This document shows, one piece after another, positions 9,154 through 19,100 of a stretch of DNA of 42,165 nt. The DNA comes from Actinomycetes bacterium (GTDB taxonomy: Bacteria > Actinomycetota > Actinomycetes > Actinomycetales > Cellulomonadaceae), in NCBI GenBank assembly GCA_023389455.1, contig JAEWEJ010000422.1, positions 1 to 42,165 of the forward strand, given 5' to 3'. A program made the position numbers and the translations under genes. Under the pieces are notes generated by a model, which saw only the letters and a program-made list of their open reading frames with translations, was not told the DNA's origin and searched no databases. Within the stretch, counting starts at the first letter, position 1. Each line of letters opens with the position of its first letter.

Positions 9154-10062
9154 GTGAACACGCCCCCGCCCACGGGTGACCAGCACGTGCTGCGGCACGG
9201 TGACCAGGTCGCCGTCGTCACGTCCGTCGCCGCGAGCCTGCGCGAGTACCGCGTCGGCGAGCGGGACGTCGTCCTGCCCTTCGCGGCCGAGTCGATCGCG
9301 CCGGCGTTCTCCGGCGCGGTGCTCGCGCCGTGGCCGAACCGCCTGCGCGACGCGACCTACGGGTTCCGCGGCGCCACGTACCAGGTGCCGATCACGGAGC
9401 ACGAGCGGCTCACCGCGCTGCACGGCCTGGTGTCGTACGAGCGGTTCGCGCCTGTCGAGGTGTCGCAGGACGCCGTGACGCTGCGCCACGACCTCGTCCC
9501 GCAGCCCGGCTACCCGTGGCCGCTGCGGCTCGACGTGACCTACGCGCTGGACCACGCCGGGCTCACCGTGACCGTCGCGGCGACCAACCAGGGCGCCACC
9601 GTCGCCCCGTACGGCGTCGGCTTCCACCCGTGGCTGTCCCCCGGGCCCGGCCCGGTCGACGCCTGCACGCTGCGGCTCGACGCCGCGCGCCGCGTGACCG
9701 TCGACGAGCGCCTGCTCCCGACGGGCACGCAGGCCGTGGCGGGCGACTACGACCTGCGCGCGGGCCTGCCGCTCGACGGCGTGAGCCTCGACGACGCGTG
9801 GGTCGACGTGACGCCCGACGAGCACGGCACGACCCGCGCCGAGCTGACGGGCGCCGACGGGCGCACGGTCACCGTCTGGGCCGACGAGACGCTGCCCGCG
9901 TGGCAGGTCTGCACCGGCGACGGGATCCCGGGCATCGACCGGCGCGGCGTGGCCGTGGAGCCGATGACGTGCGTCGCGGACGCCTTCCGCACCGGCGAGA
10001 TGCTGGTCGAGCTCGAGCCCGGCGCGACGCACCAGGTGCGCTGGGGCATGTCGCTGCGCTGA
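9154..10062 (+). CDS. Aldose 1-epimerase family protein
   Basis: LAPWPNRLRD, ALHGLV, PGYPWPL, GFHPW, LDDA and VAVEPMTC motifs. Confidence 0.92.
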   Translation: MNTPPPTGDQHVLRHGDQVAVVTSVAASLREYRVGERDVVLPFAAESIAPAFSGAVLAPWPNRLRDATYGFRGATYQVPITEHERLTALHGLVSYERFAPVEVSQDAVTLRHDLVPQPGYPWPLRLDVTYALDHAGLTVTVAATNQGATVAPYGVGFHPWLSPGPGPVDACTLRLDAARRVTVDERLLPTGTQAVAGDYDLRAGLPLDGVSLDDAWVDVTPDEHGTTRAELTGADGRTVTVWADETLPAWQVCTGDGIPGIDRRGVAVEPMTCVADAFRTGEMLVELEPGATHQVRWGMSLR

Positions 10063-10068
10063 GCGTCG

Positions 10069-10104
10069 CTCCCGGCGGGTCCGCTGCGGCGGCCCCGCCG
10101 GGAG
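10069..10104 (+). terminator. GC-rich hairpin after the aldose epimerase gene
   Basis: ctcccggcggg ... cccgccgggag inverted repeat, no U-tract. Confidence 0.5.
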
Positions 10105-10157
10105 ACCGTCGAGGGCCGGGTCCGCCCGGGCGGGCGTCCGCGACGTCGCGGGCCGGG

Positions 10158-10246
10158 CCCTGCGGTCCCGTGCGACCACGCGCCCTGCGGCTGGACGTCG
10201 CCCTGCGGCTGGCTGGCCCTGCCGCTCGACGTCACCCTGCGGCTCG
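10158..10246. repeat. Degenerate short repeats with core CCCTGCGGCT, 5 copies, in a convergent intergenic region
   Basis: Core at 10158, 10183, 10201, 10217 and 10235. Confidence 0.7.
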
Positions 10247-10300
10247 GCGCCGGGCAGGTGCCGCGTCGTCAGCGCTGCTCGTCAGCGGAGCGGCTCCCGA

Positions 10301-11170
10301 TCAGCCGTAGTACTCGCCGTCGGCCTTGACGCCCTTGGTGTACTCCCAGTGCCACGGCTCGTACGGGCCGGAACCGCCCTTGACGGCCCAGTTCGGCTGC
10401 TCCCAGCCGAAGGTCGGCGCGTTGTCGTTCATCCAGGTCCAGCGGGCGCCCGAGGTCTGGATGGAGCAGAAGTCCATCGCCAGGCCCCAGCCGTGGTTGC
10501 TCTTGCCGGGCGTGGCGGCGAGGCCGCCCTTCTGGGCCTTCACGGCCTTCTGCTGCGCGAGCGTCCGGTAGCCGGAGCTGAGGCACAGGTCCGTGCCGAA
10601 CCGCGCGACGTGGGCCTCGTTGAGCTCGGCGAGCGCGACGGCGGCGTCGGCACGCATCTGCGTGCGACCGTCCCACAGGGTGCACAGGTCCTTGGTGGCC
10701 AGCAGCCCGTTCTCGCCGGCGGCGCGGACCGAGCCGTCGCAGCCGGGCAGGGCGGAGCGCTCGGCTCCGCGTGAGACGTCGGCCAGGGCGCGGGCGCGGG
10801 ACGAGCCGTCCGCGGACACCAGTGGCGTCGGCGGGAGGTCCGAGAGCGGCAGGGCCGTCAGCGCGGCGACGGTGGAGGGCAGGTGCGCCTCGCTCGCGGC
10901 GGCGCCCACGACGATCTCGCCGTCCGCCACCCCCTGCGTGACGGGGACGACCAGCGTGACGCCGACCAGGGCGGCCAGCACACCGGCACGACCCAGGGCG
11001 CGGCTCGGGCGACGGCCGGCGGGTGCGGCCTCGGCCGGTCCGGCCAGGCCCTCGACCACGGGCGTCTGCGGGACGGGGATCGCGACCTCGACGGGCGTAC
11101 GCCCACGTCGTTCACGGCGCACACGTGCCGTCGGCTCCGCTCGGTGGGATCCCACGACACCTCCGCTCAT
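10301..11170 (-). CDS. Membrane-anchored or secreted M15-family metallopeptidase (VanY-like D,D-carboxypeptidase domain); start uncertain
   Basis: SGYRT, PGKSNHGWGLAMD (SxHxxGxAxD) and YEPWHWEY (ExxH); N-terminal hydrophobic helix. Confidence 0.9.
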   Translation of the reverse strand: MSGGVVGSHRAEPTARVRRERRGRTPVEVAIPVPQTPVVEGLAGPAEAAPAGRRPSRALGRAGVLAALVGVTLVVPVTQGVADGEIVVGAAASEAHLPSTVAALTALPLSDLPPTPLVSADGSSRARALADVSRGAERSALPGCDGSVRAAGENGLLATKDLCTLWDGRTQMRADAAVALAELNEAHVARFGTDLCLSSGYRTLAQQKAVKAQKGGLAATPGKSNHGWGLAMDFCSIQTSGARWTWMNDNAPTFGWEQPNWAVKGGSGPYEPWHWEYTKGVKADGEYYG

Positions 11171-11202
11171 CTCGTCCCGCTCGTCATCGGCCCCCCGATG
11201 CG

Positions 11203-11239
11203 GTCACGAAACCATAACGGGGTGCGCAGACTTGTCCAA
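11203..11239 (-). promoter_or_regulatory. Housekeeping promoter of the M15 gene overlapped by an MtrA-like direct repeat
   Basis: TTGGAC(11239-11234)-17 bp-TATGGT(11216-11211); plus-strand GTCACG-N5-ATAACG at 11203-11219. Confidence 0.65.
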
Positions 11240-11450
11240 GACCCATCAGCGTCACCAGGGGGTCGCAATCTGGACACGTGCTCGACACGCCGCGCGACAC
11301 GCCGTGGCTTCACGGTTCCTCCACCCCCGGAGAGCCACCGCGGAGACGTGGGGCACACTGCGCGACGCGCTCTGCACCCCACGACGGTCACGGCGCCGCG
11401 ACCACCCCGAGGCGCGCGCGGGCTCGCACGGCGACGCGCCCACCGCCCCG

Positions 11451-12500
11451 TCAGCTCCCCGGCAGCTGGCCGCGCTGCATCGCGTCGCGGACCTCCCCCA
11501 CGAGCTCCTCGAGGATGTCCTCCAGGAACACCACCCCCACCGTCCGGCCGTCGTCGTCCACCCGCGCCAGGTGCGACCCGGACCGCTGCATCGCCTGCAG
11601 CGCCGTCTCGACCTCGTCCTGCGGGGCCACCACGGCGAGCGTGCGCACCCGCCAGGACGGCACCGGCTGGGTGCGCGTCGTCGCGTCGGCGTACAGCACG
11701 TCCTTGATGTGCAGGTACCCCTCCGGGCGCCCGTCACCGTCCACCACGACGAACCGGCTGAAGCCCGTGCGGGCGACCAGGTGCTCGATGTCGTCGGGCG
11801 TACTGCCGCCGTCGACGGTCACCAGGCCGTCGAGCGGCACCATGACCTCGACCGCGGTGCGGTCCGAGAACTCGATGGCACCGGAGAGCAGACCCTGCTC
11901 GTCCGCCAGCAGCCCCTCGGCCTGCGAGCGCTCGACGATCGACTGCACCTCCTGCGCGGTGAACGCCGAGGCGACCTCGTCCTGCGGCTCCACCCGGAAC
12001 GCCCGCAGCACGTGGTTCGCGAGCCAGTTGAGGGCCACGATCACCGGGCGCAGCACGCGCGCGACCCACACCAGCGGCGGGCCGAACAGCAGCACCGCGC
12101 GGTCGGGCCCGGACACGGCCAGGTTCTTGGGGACCATCTCGCCGAGCACCACGTGCAGGTACACCACCACGAGCAGGGCGAGGACGAACGCGATCGGGTG
12201 CGTCAGCGACCCGGGGACGCCCAGCGCGTGCAGCGGCGCCTCGATGAGGTGGGCGATCGCCGGCTCGGCGACCAGACCCAGGCTCGTCGAGCAGATCGTG
12301 ATGCCGAGCTGGGCGGCGGCGAGCATGAGGGAGACGTGCTCCATCGCCCACAGCACGGTGACCGCGCGACGGTCCCCCGCCTCGGCCAGCGGCTCGACGG
12401 ACGAGCGTCGCGCCGACATGATCGCGAACTCGGCACCGACGAAGAACGCGTTCGCTGCGAGCAGGACGACGGCGAGGACGAGCGCCAGCGTGCTGTCCAT
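11451..12500 (-). CDS. Hemolysin/CNNM (DUF21 + CBS) family protein lacking the C-terminal CorC domain
   Basis: NAFFVGAEFA, AQLGIT, GEMVPKNLA, TGFSRF and EDILEELVGEV. Confidence 0.92.
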   Translation of the reverse strand: MDSTLALVLAVVLLAANAFFVGAEFAIMSARRSSVEPLAEAGDRRAVTVLWAMEHVSLMLAAAQLGITICSTSLGLVAEPAIAHLIEAPLHALGVPGSLTHPIAFVLALLVVVYLHVVLGEMVPKNLAVSGPDRAVLLFGPPLVWVARVLRPVIVALNWLANHVLRAFRVEPQDEVASAFTAQEVQSIVERSQAEGLLADEQGLLSGAIEFSDRTAVEVMVPLDGLVTVDGGSTPDDIEHLVARTGFSRFVVVDGDGRPEGYLHIKDVLYADATTRTQPVPSWRVRTLAVVAPQDEVETALQAMQRSGSHLARVDDDGRTVGVVFLEDILEELVGEVRDAMQRGQLPGS

Positions 12501-13819
12501 CAGGCGTCACCCTCCTCGTCGGGCGCCAGGCCGACGAGCCGCACCCGCTCGACGCGGCGGCCGTCCATGCGCTCGACCTGCAGGCGCACGTCGCCCTCGA
12601 CGACCTCGTCGCCCTGCACCGGCACACGCCCCAGGCGCGCCATGAGCAGCCCGCCGACGGTCTCCCAGGGGCCGTCGTCCGGAACCCGCAGCCCCGTCGC
12701 CTCGTGCAGCTCGTCGGGGCGCAGCACGCCGGGCAGCACCCAGGAGCCGTCCGCCTGGCGCGCGAGGGCGCCGCGCGTGCGGTCGTGCTCGTCCGCGACC
12801 TCCCCCACCAGCTCCTCGACGACGTCCTCGAGCGTGACCGCGCCCGACGTGCCGCCGTACTCGTCCACGACCACGGCCATCTGCAGCCCCTGGGCGCGCA
12901 GGTCCACCAGGAGCGGGCCGAGGCCCACGGTCTCCGGGACGCGCTGGGCGTCGACCATCAGTGCGGCCGCGGGCACCTCGGGACGCCGGTCGTACGGCAC
13001 CGCCATGGCCTTGCGCAGGTGCACCAGGCCGAGGACGTCGTCCACCGAGTCGCCGATGACAGGGAAGCGCGAGTGGCCCGTCTGGCGGGCCAGCGCCATG
13101 ACGTCGGCCGCGGAGTCGTCGCGGCGGACCACGACCAGCCGCGTGCGGTCCGTCATGACGTCGACCGCGGTGAGCGTCGAGAAGTCGATGGAGTTGGTCA
13201 GCAGGGTCGCGGTGGCCTGGTCGAGCGTGCCCTGCGCCGCGGACCGCCGCACGAGCGAGGCCAGCTCGGCGGGCGAGCGCGCCCCGGAGAGCTCCTCGCG
13301 CGGCTCGACCCCCACGCGGCGCAGCAGCCGGTTGGCGGTGCCGTTCGTCACGGCGATCACCGGCCGCAGCGCCGTGGTGAACCCGAGCTGCAGCGGTGCG
13401 ACGACGCGCGCGGTGCCCAGCGGCCGGGCGATCGCGAAGTTCTTGGGGACCAGCTCGCCGAACAGCATGGAGAACCCGTTGACCAGCACGAGCGCCAGTA
13501 CCGCCGCGACCGCGCCGGTCACGGCCCGCCCCACGCCCGCACCCTCCAGCGGCACGCCGAGCAGCCGGGCGACCGCGGGCTGGGTGGTGTAGCCGAGGAG
13601 CACGGTGGTGACGGTGATCCCCACCTGCGCCCCCGACAGCTGGGTCGACAGCCGGCGCAGCGCCGTCAGCACGGACCGGCCGCGGGTGTCGTCGGGGGCG
13701 GTCTGCCGCTCGACCAGGCCCGGGTCCAGCGTGACCAGCGAGAACTCGGTCGCGACGAAGACCGCCGTGCCGGCGGTGAGCAGGACGCCCAGACCGACGA
13801 GCAGCCACTCGGTCAGCAC
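12500..13819 (-). CDS. Hemolysin/CNNM (DUF21 + CBS + CorC_HlyC) family protein
   Basis: FVATEFSL, AQVGIT, GELVPKN, GHSRFPV, VVDEYGGTSGAVTLEDVVEELVGEVADEHD and ETVGG. Confidence 0.93.
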   Translation of the reverse strand: MLTEWLLVGLGVLLTAGTAVFVATEFSLVTLDPGLVERQTAPDDTRGRSVLTALRRLSTQLSGAQVGITVTTVLLGYTTQPAVARLLGVPLEGAGVGRAVTGAVAAVLALVLVNGFSMLFGELVPKNFAIARPLGTARVVAPLQLGFTTALRPVIAVTNGTANRLLRRVGVEPREELSGARSPAELASLVRRSAAQGTLDQATATLLTNSIDFSTLTAVDVMTDRTRLVVVRRDDSAADVMALARQTGHSRFPVIGDSVDDVLGLVHLRKAMAVPYDRRPEVPAAALMVDAQRVPETVGLGPLLVDLRAQGLQMAVVVDEYGGTSGAVTLEDVVEELVGEVADEHDRTRGALARQADGSWVLPGVLRPDELHEATGLRVPDDGPWETVGGLLMARLGRVPVQGDEVVEGDVRLQVERMDGRRVERVRLVGLAPDEEGDA

Positions 13820-14068
13820 GGGTCCACCGGCGCCGGACGGGCGGGGACGCCCACGTGCGGGGCGGGGTACGACAGGGGCGGGCCGGCGGTCCCGCGTCCG
13901 GTGCTGGCACGCACCGGGCCGGTGCCCGCGTGAGCGGGTCGGGCGGTGGTGGGGACGCGGTGCCGGCAGCGACTTGAGCTGCTCATGGTGGGAACATCCT
14001 ACGGACGATCGGGCGACGTGCCGAGGGCTCGCCAGGACCCACCCGGGTCGGTGTGCCACGCTGGCCCC

Positions 14069-14836
14069 ATGGTCACCAGCGTCGCGCGCCCGGGCGTCAC
14101 CACCGTCCTCGTGGTCGAGGACGAGCCGGCGATCGCCCAGGCCGTCGTCCACCGGTTCGCCGCCGAGGGCTGGAACGTGGAGGCGGTCGGGGACGGCAAC
14201 GCGGGGGTCGCCGCAGCGGCCCGCCTGCAGCCGGACGTCGTCGTGCTCGACGTCATGCTGCCCGGCATCGACGGGCTCGAGGTCTGCCGGCAGATCCAGG
14301 CGGAGCGCCCGGTCCCCGTGCTCATGCTCACGGCGCGCGACGACGAGACGGACATGCTGGTCGGGCTCGGGGTGGGCGCCGACGACTACATGACCAAGCC
14401 CTTCTCGATGCGCGAGCTCGTGGCCCGTACGAAGGTGCTGCTGCGGCGGACCGAGCGCGCGGCCCGCGCGGCCGAGCTCGCGGGCGTCCAGCAGCCCGAG
14501 CCGCCGCTGGTGGTGGGCGACGTGACGATCGACAGCGCGCAGCGCCGGGTGCAGCGCGCGGGCACCGAGGTGCACCTCACGCCCACCGAGTTCGACCTGC
14601 TGCTGACGCTGGCGTCCTCGCCGCGCACGGTGCTGACCCGCGAGCGGCTGCTCGCCGACGTGTGGGACTGGGTCGACGCGAGCGGCACGCGCACCGTGGA
14701 CTCCCACATCAAGGCGCTGCGGCGCAAGCTCGGCCCGGACCTGATCCGCACCGTGCACGGCGTGGGCTACGCGTACGAGCCGGCCGAGGGCACGGAGCAG
14801 TCCGCACCCGCCGGCGAGGCGGCGGACGGGACGTGA
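14069..14836 (+). CDS. OmpR-family response regulator
   Basis: VVEDE, LDVMLPG, MLTAR, GADDYMTKPFS, RTVDSHIKALRRKL and TVHGVGY. Confidence 0.95.
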   Translation: MVTSVARPGVTTVLVVEDEPAIAQAVVHRFAAEGWNVEAVGDGNAGVAAAARLQPDVVVLDVMLPGIDGLEVCRQIQAERPVPVLMLTARDDETDMLVGLGVGADDYMTKPFSMRELVARTKVLLRRTERAARAAELAGVQQPEPPLVVGDVTIDSAQRRVQRAGTEVHLTPTEFDLLLTLASSPRTVLTRERLLADVWDWVDASGTRTVDSHIKALRRKLGPDLIRTVHGVGYAYEPAEGTEQSAPAGEAADGT

Positions 14837-15927
14837 CGCCCCGCCCACCCCGCCCGGCGCGGCACGCCCGCGGCGACGCCGACCGCTGGCGGATGCCGGA
14901 CGTGCGACCGCTCGACCCGCTGCGCAGCATCAAGATGAAGCTGGGCGTGCTGGTGGCGGCGACGGTCACGCTCGCGGCGTACGTCATCTGGGTCGGCTAC
15001 GGCCGCGCGCTGGGCCCGAGCCGGACGCTGCCCCTGGCCATCGTCCTCTCGTTGGCCCTCACCCAGATCCTGGCGCGCGGCATGACGTCGCCCCTGCGCG
15101 AGATGACCGAGGCGGCCCGCGCGATGGCGAACGGGGACTACAGCCGCCGGGTGCGCTCGACCAGCCGTGACGAGGTCGGGCAGCTCGCGGAGGCGTTCAA
15201 CACGATGGCGGACGACCTCGAGCACCTCGACACGTTCCGCCGCGAGCTGGTCGCGAACGTCTCCCACGAGCTGCGGACCCCGGTCACGGCCCTGCAGGCC
15301 CAGCTGGAGAACATGGTCGACGGCGTCAGCGAGCCGGACCCGGCGACCCTGGCGGTCGCGCTCGCGCAGACCGAGCGCCTGTCGCGCCTGGTGTCGTCGC
15401 TGCTGGACCTGTCGCGCGTCGAGGCGGGAGCGATGACGCTGCGCCTGGAGGACGTCCACCTGCACGAGCTGCTGCAGCAGGCCGCCGACGAGGCGTCGCT
15501 CGTGGGTGCCGAGAAGCGGCTGCGGTTCGAGGTGGACGTGGAGCCCGCGGACCTGACTGTCGAGGCCGACCCCGAGCGGTTGCACCAGGTGGTGGCGAAC
15601 CTGCTGCAGAACGCAGCGCGGCACTCGCCGCCCGACGACGAGGTGCGCGTGGTGGCACGACGGGTGGGCCCGCACGTCCAGATCGACGTGGTCGACCACG
15701 GGCCGGGGATCGCACGCGAGCAGCGCGCCCACGTCTTCGAGCGGTTCGTGCGCGGCAACACCCCGGCGCTGACCGGGCAGGGCTCGACGGGCGGCACCGG
15801 CCTGGGCCTGGCGATCGTGCGCTGGGCGGTCGAGCTGCACGGCGGCACGGTCGAGGTGGCCGACTCCCCGACCGGGTGCACCATGCGGGTCCGCCTCCCG
15901 GGTGACACGCGCCCCGACGAGGCCTGA
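14833..15927 (+). CDS. HAMP-domain sensor histidine kinase
   Basis: Two closely spaced TM helices, HAMP (DEVGQLAEAFN), H-box VSHELRTP, NLLQNA, DHGPGI and GTGLGLAI. Confidence 0.95.
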   Translation: MTPRPPRPARHARGDADRWRMPDVRPLDPLRSIKMKLGVLVAATVTLAAYVIWVGYGRALGPSRTLPLAIVLSLALTQILARGMTSPLREMTEAARAMANGDYSRRVRSTSRDEVGQLAEAFNTMADDLEHLDTFRRELVANVSHELRTPVTALQAQLENMVDGVSEPDPATLAVALAQTERLSRLVSSLLDLSRVEAGAMTLRLEDVHLHELLQQAADEASLVGAEKRLRFEVDVEPADLTVEADPERLHQVVANLLQNAARHSPPDDEVRVVARRVGPHVQIDVVDHGPGIAREQRAHVFERFVRGNTPALTGQGSTGGTGLGLAIVRWAVELHGGTVEVADSPTGCTMRVRLPGDTRPDEA

Positions 15928-16178
15928 GGACGCGCCGGGGTCTCGCCCGGTGCGTCCCACCCGCCCGGGGTGCCGACGACCCCGCCTTGAGCCCGATCGC
16001 ACGAGGGCTTTAGCCGCTGTTGACCACGGCGGCCCCGAGGGGTGAAGAGGCTGCACAGAACACGTCGACCGGCCCGGCGCAAGGGGCCTGCGACCCCGTC
16101 GACCACGTAGTGTTGTCGTCAACAGAACTGGCGATGGCGCGGTCGCTGCACCGCGTACCGGAAGTGGGCGATCCCAGC

Positions 16179-19100
16179 GTGACGCAGAACGCGCAGTCAG
16201 ACTCCACCCGTGCCGACTTCGGCGCGAACGAGTGGCTGGTCGACGAGCTGTACGAGCAGTACCAGAAGGACCGCCACGCGGTGGACCCCGCGTGGTGGGA
16301 CTTCTTCGAGGGCTACAAGCCCGAGACGAGGGGTGCTGCCACGAACGGTGACGCGCACCGGACCTCGCCGCCGGGTGGGCAGTCGAACGGCACCGCCCCG
16401 ACGCCCGCCGCCGCGCCCGCGCCCGCGCCGGCCCCGGTCGCGCCGCCGGTCGAGGTCACCCCCTCGCCGGTCGCGACCGCACAGCCCGCCACAGCGCCGT
16501 ACGCCGAGGTGGCCACGCGGATCGCGGACACGCAGGAGCCCGACGCCCGGCCGGTCGACGACGTGCAGAAGCTGCGCGGCCCCGCCGCCCGCGTCGTGAC
16601 GAACATGGAGTCCTCGCTCGAGGTCCCGACGGCCACATCGGTGCGCGCGATCCCGGCCAAGCTCATGGTCGACAACCGCATCGTGATCAACAACCACCTG
16701 GCGCGCGGCCGTGGCGGCAAGGTCTCGTTCACGCACCTCATCGGCTTCGCGATGGTCGAGGCCGTGCGCGAGATGCCGGCGATGAACTCGTCGTACACGC
16801 TGGTCGACGGCAAGCCGGGCGTGCTGTCCCCCGCGCACGTCAACCTGGGCCTGGCGATCGACCTGGCCAAGCCGGACGGCACGCGCCAGCTGCTGGTCCC
16901 CTCGATCAAGAAGGCCGAGACCCTCGACTTCGCGCAGTTCTGGACCGCGTACGAGGACGTCGTGCGCCGCGCGCGCAACAACAAGCTCACGGTGGACGAC
17001 TTCGCCGGCACCACGATCTCCCTGACCAACCCCGGCACGATCGGCACCGTGCACTCCGTGCCGCGCCTGATGCAGGGCCAGGGCACGATCGTCGGCGTCG
17101 GCGCGATGGACTACCCCGCGGAGTTCGCCGGCACGTCCGACGAGCAGCTCAACCGCATGGGCGTCTCCAAGGTCCTGACGGTCACCTCGACGTACGACCA
17201 CCGGATCATCCAGGGCGCGCAGTCGGGCGACTTCCTGCGGATCCTGTCGCGCAAGCTGCTGGGCGAGGACGGCTTCTACGACCGGGTGTTCGCCGCGCTG
17301 CGCGTGCCGTACGAGCCGGTGCGCTGGGTGCGGGACGCGAACCACGACCCGGACGCCGAGGCCATCAAGCCCGCGCGCGTGGCCGAGCTGATCCACGCGT
17401 ACCGCTCGCGCGGCCACCTCATGGCCGACACCGACCCGCTCGCGTACCGCCAGCGCAAGCACCCGGACCTCGACGTGCAGAACCACGGCCTGACGCTGTG
17501 GGACCTGGACCGCACGTTCCCCACCGGCGGGTTCACGGGGAAGACCCGCGCCACGCTGCGTGACGTGCTCGGCCTGCTGCGCGACTCGTACTGCCGCACC
17601 GTCGGCGCCGAGTACATGCACCTGCAGGACCCGCGCCAGCGCCGCTGGCTGCAGGAGCGCCTGGAGTCCGGCTACGCGCGCACGCCCCGTGAGGACCAGC
17701 TGCGCATCCTGCGCCGCCTCAACGCCGCCGAGGCGTTCGAGACGTTCCTGCAGACCAAGTTCGTCGGGCAGAAGCGGTTCTCCCTCGAGGGCGGCGAGTC
17801 CCTCATCCCGCTGCTCGACGCGATCCTGTCGCGTGCGGCCGACGGCGGCCTCGACGAGGTGGGCATCGGCATGGCCCACCGCGGGCGGCTCAACGTGCTG
17901 GCGAACATCGCCGGCAAGTCCTACGGCCAGATCTTCAGCGAGTTCGAGGGCAACCAGGACCCGAAGTCGGTGCAGGGCTCGGGCGACGTGAAGTACCACC
18001 TCGGCACCGAGGGCGTCTTCACCGCCGAGTCGGGTGCGACGACCGCGGTGTACCTGGCCGCGAACCCGTCGCACCTGGAGGCCGTCGACCCGGTGCTCGA
18101 GGGCATCGTGCGGGCCAAGCAGGACCGCATCGACCTGGGCGGCGACGGCTTCTCGGTGCTGCCGATCCTCATCCACGGCGACGCGGCCTTCGCGGGTCAG
18201 GGCGTCGTCTTCGAGACGCTCAACCTGGCGCAGCTGCGGGGGTACCGCACCGGCGGCACGATCCACGTGATCGTCAACAACCAGGTCGGCTTCACCACCG
18301 GCCCGTCGTCGTCGCGCTCCTCGCAGTACGCCACGGACGTGGCCAAGGGCCTGCAGGTGCCGATCTTCCACGTCAACGGGGACGACCCGGAGGCCGTGGT
18401 GCGGGTGGCCGAGCTGGCGTTCGAGTACCGCGAGCAGTTCGACCGCGACGTCATCATCGACATGGTCTGCTACCGCCGCCGCGGCCACAACGAGGGCGAC
18501 GACCCCTCGATGACGCAGCCGCTGATGTACAACCTCATCGAGGCGAAGCGCTCGGTCCGCAAGATCTACACCGAGACGCTCGTCGCACGCGGGGACATCA
18601 CCCTCGAGGAGGCCGAGCAGGCGCTGCGCGACTACCAGTCGCAGCTGGAGCGCGTCTTCACCGAGACGCGGGAGGACGGCTGGACGCCGCCGCCCGCCGA
18701 CGTGGAGACGGTCGCCGGCCTGGAGCGGCCGGAGTCCCAGCAGGAGGACGCCGGCGTCATGGTCGGCTGGCAGACGGCCGTGCCCGCCTCGATCCTGCAG
18801 CGGATCGGGCAGGCGCACGTGAGCCCGCCGGAGGGCTTCACGGTCCACCCGAAGCTCGCCCAGCTGCTCGAGAAGCGCGAGCGGATGAGCCGCGAGGGCG
18901 GGATCGACTGGGGCTACGGCGAGATCCTCGCGTTCGGCTCGCTGCTCATCGAGGGCACGCCGGTGCGGCTGGCCGGGCAGGACTCGCGGCGCGGCACCTT
19001 CGTGCAGCGCCACGCGGTGCTGCACGACCGGGAGACGGGCGCGGAGTGGACCCCGCTGCTGTACCTGTCGGGCGACCAGGCGAAGTTCTGGGTGTACGAC

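Noticed and set aside
10158..10246. Possible CRISPR array
   Set aside because: Repeats are about 10 bp with 6-15 bp spacers and there are no cas genes.
10301..11170. Vancomycin-resistance gene (vanY)
   Set aside because: M15 motifs are present but there is no van cluster context; more likely a housekeeping cell-wall peptidase.
11171..11450. c-di-AMP (ydaO) riboswitch upstream of the cell-wall peptidase
   Set aside because: The predicted promoter leaves only about 35 nt of leader, and I could not recognise the conserved riboswitch motifs.
11451..13819. True hemolysin toxins
   Set aside because: DUF21-CBS architecture marks CNNM/CorC metal-homeostasis proteins, and a tandem pair is common in actinobacteria.
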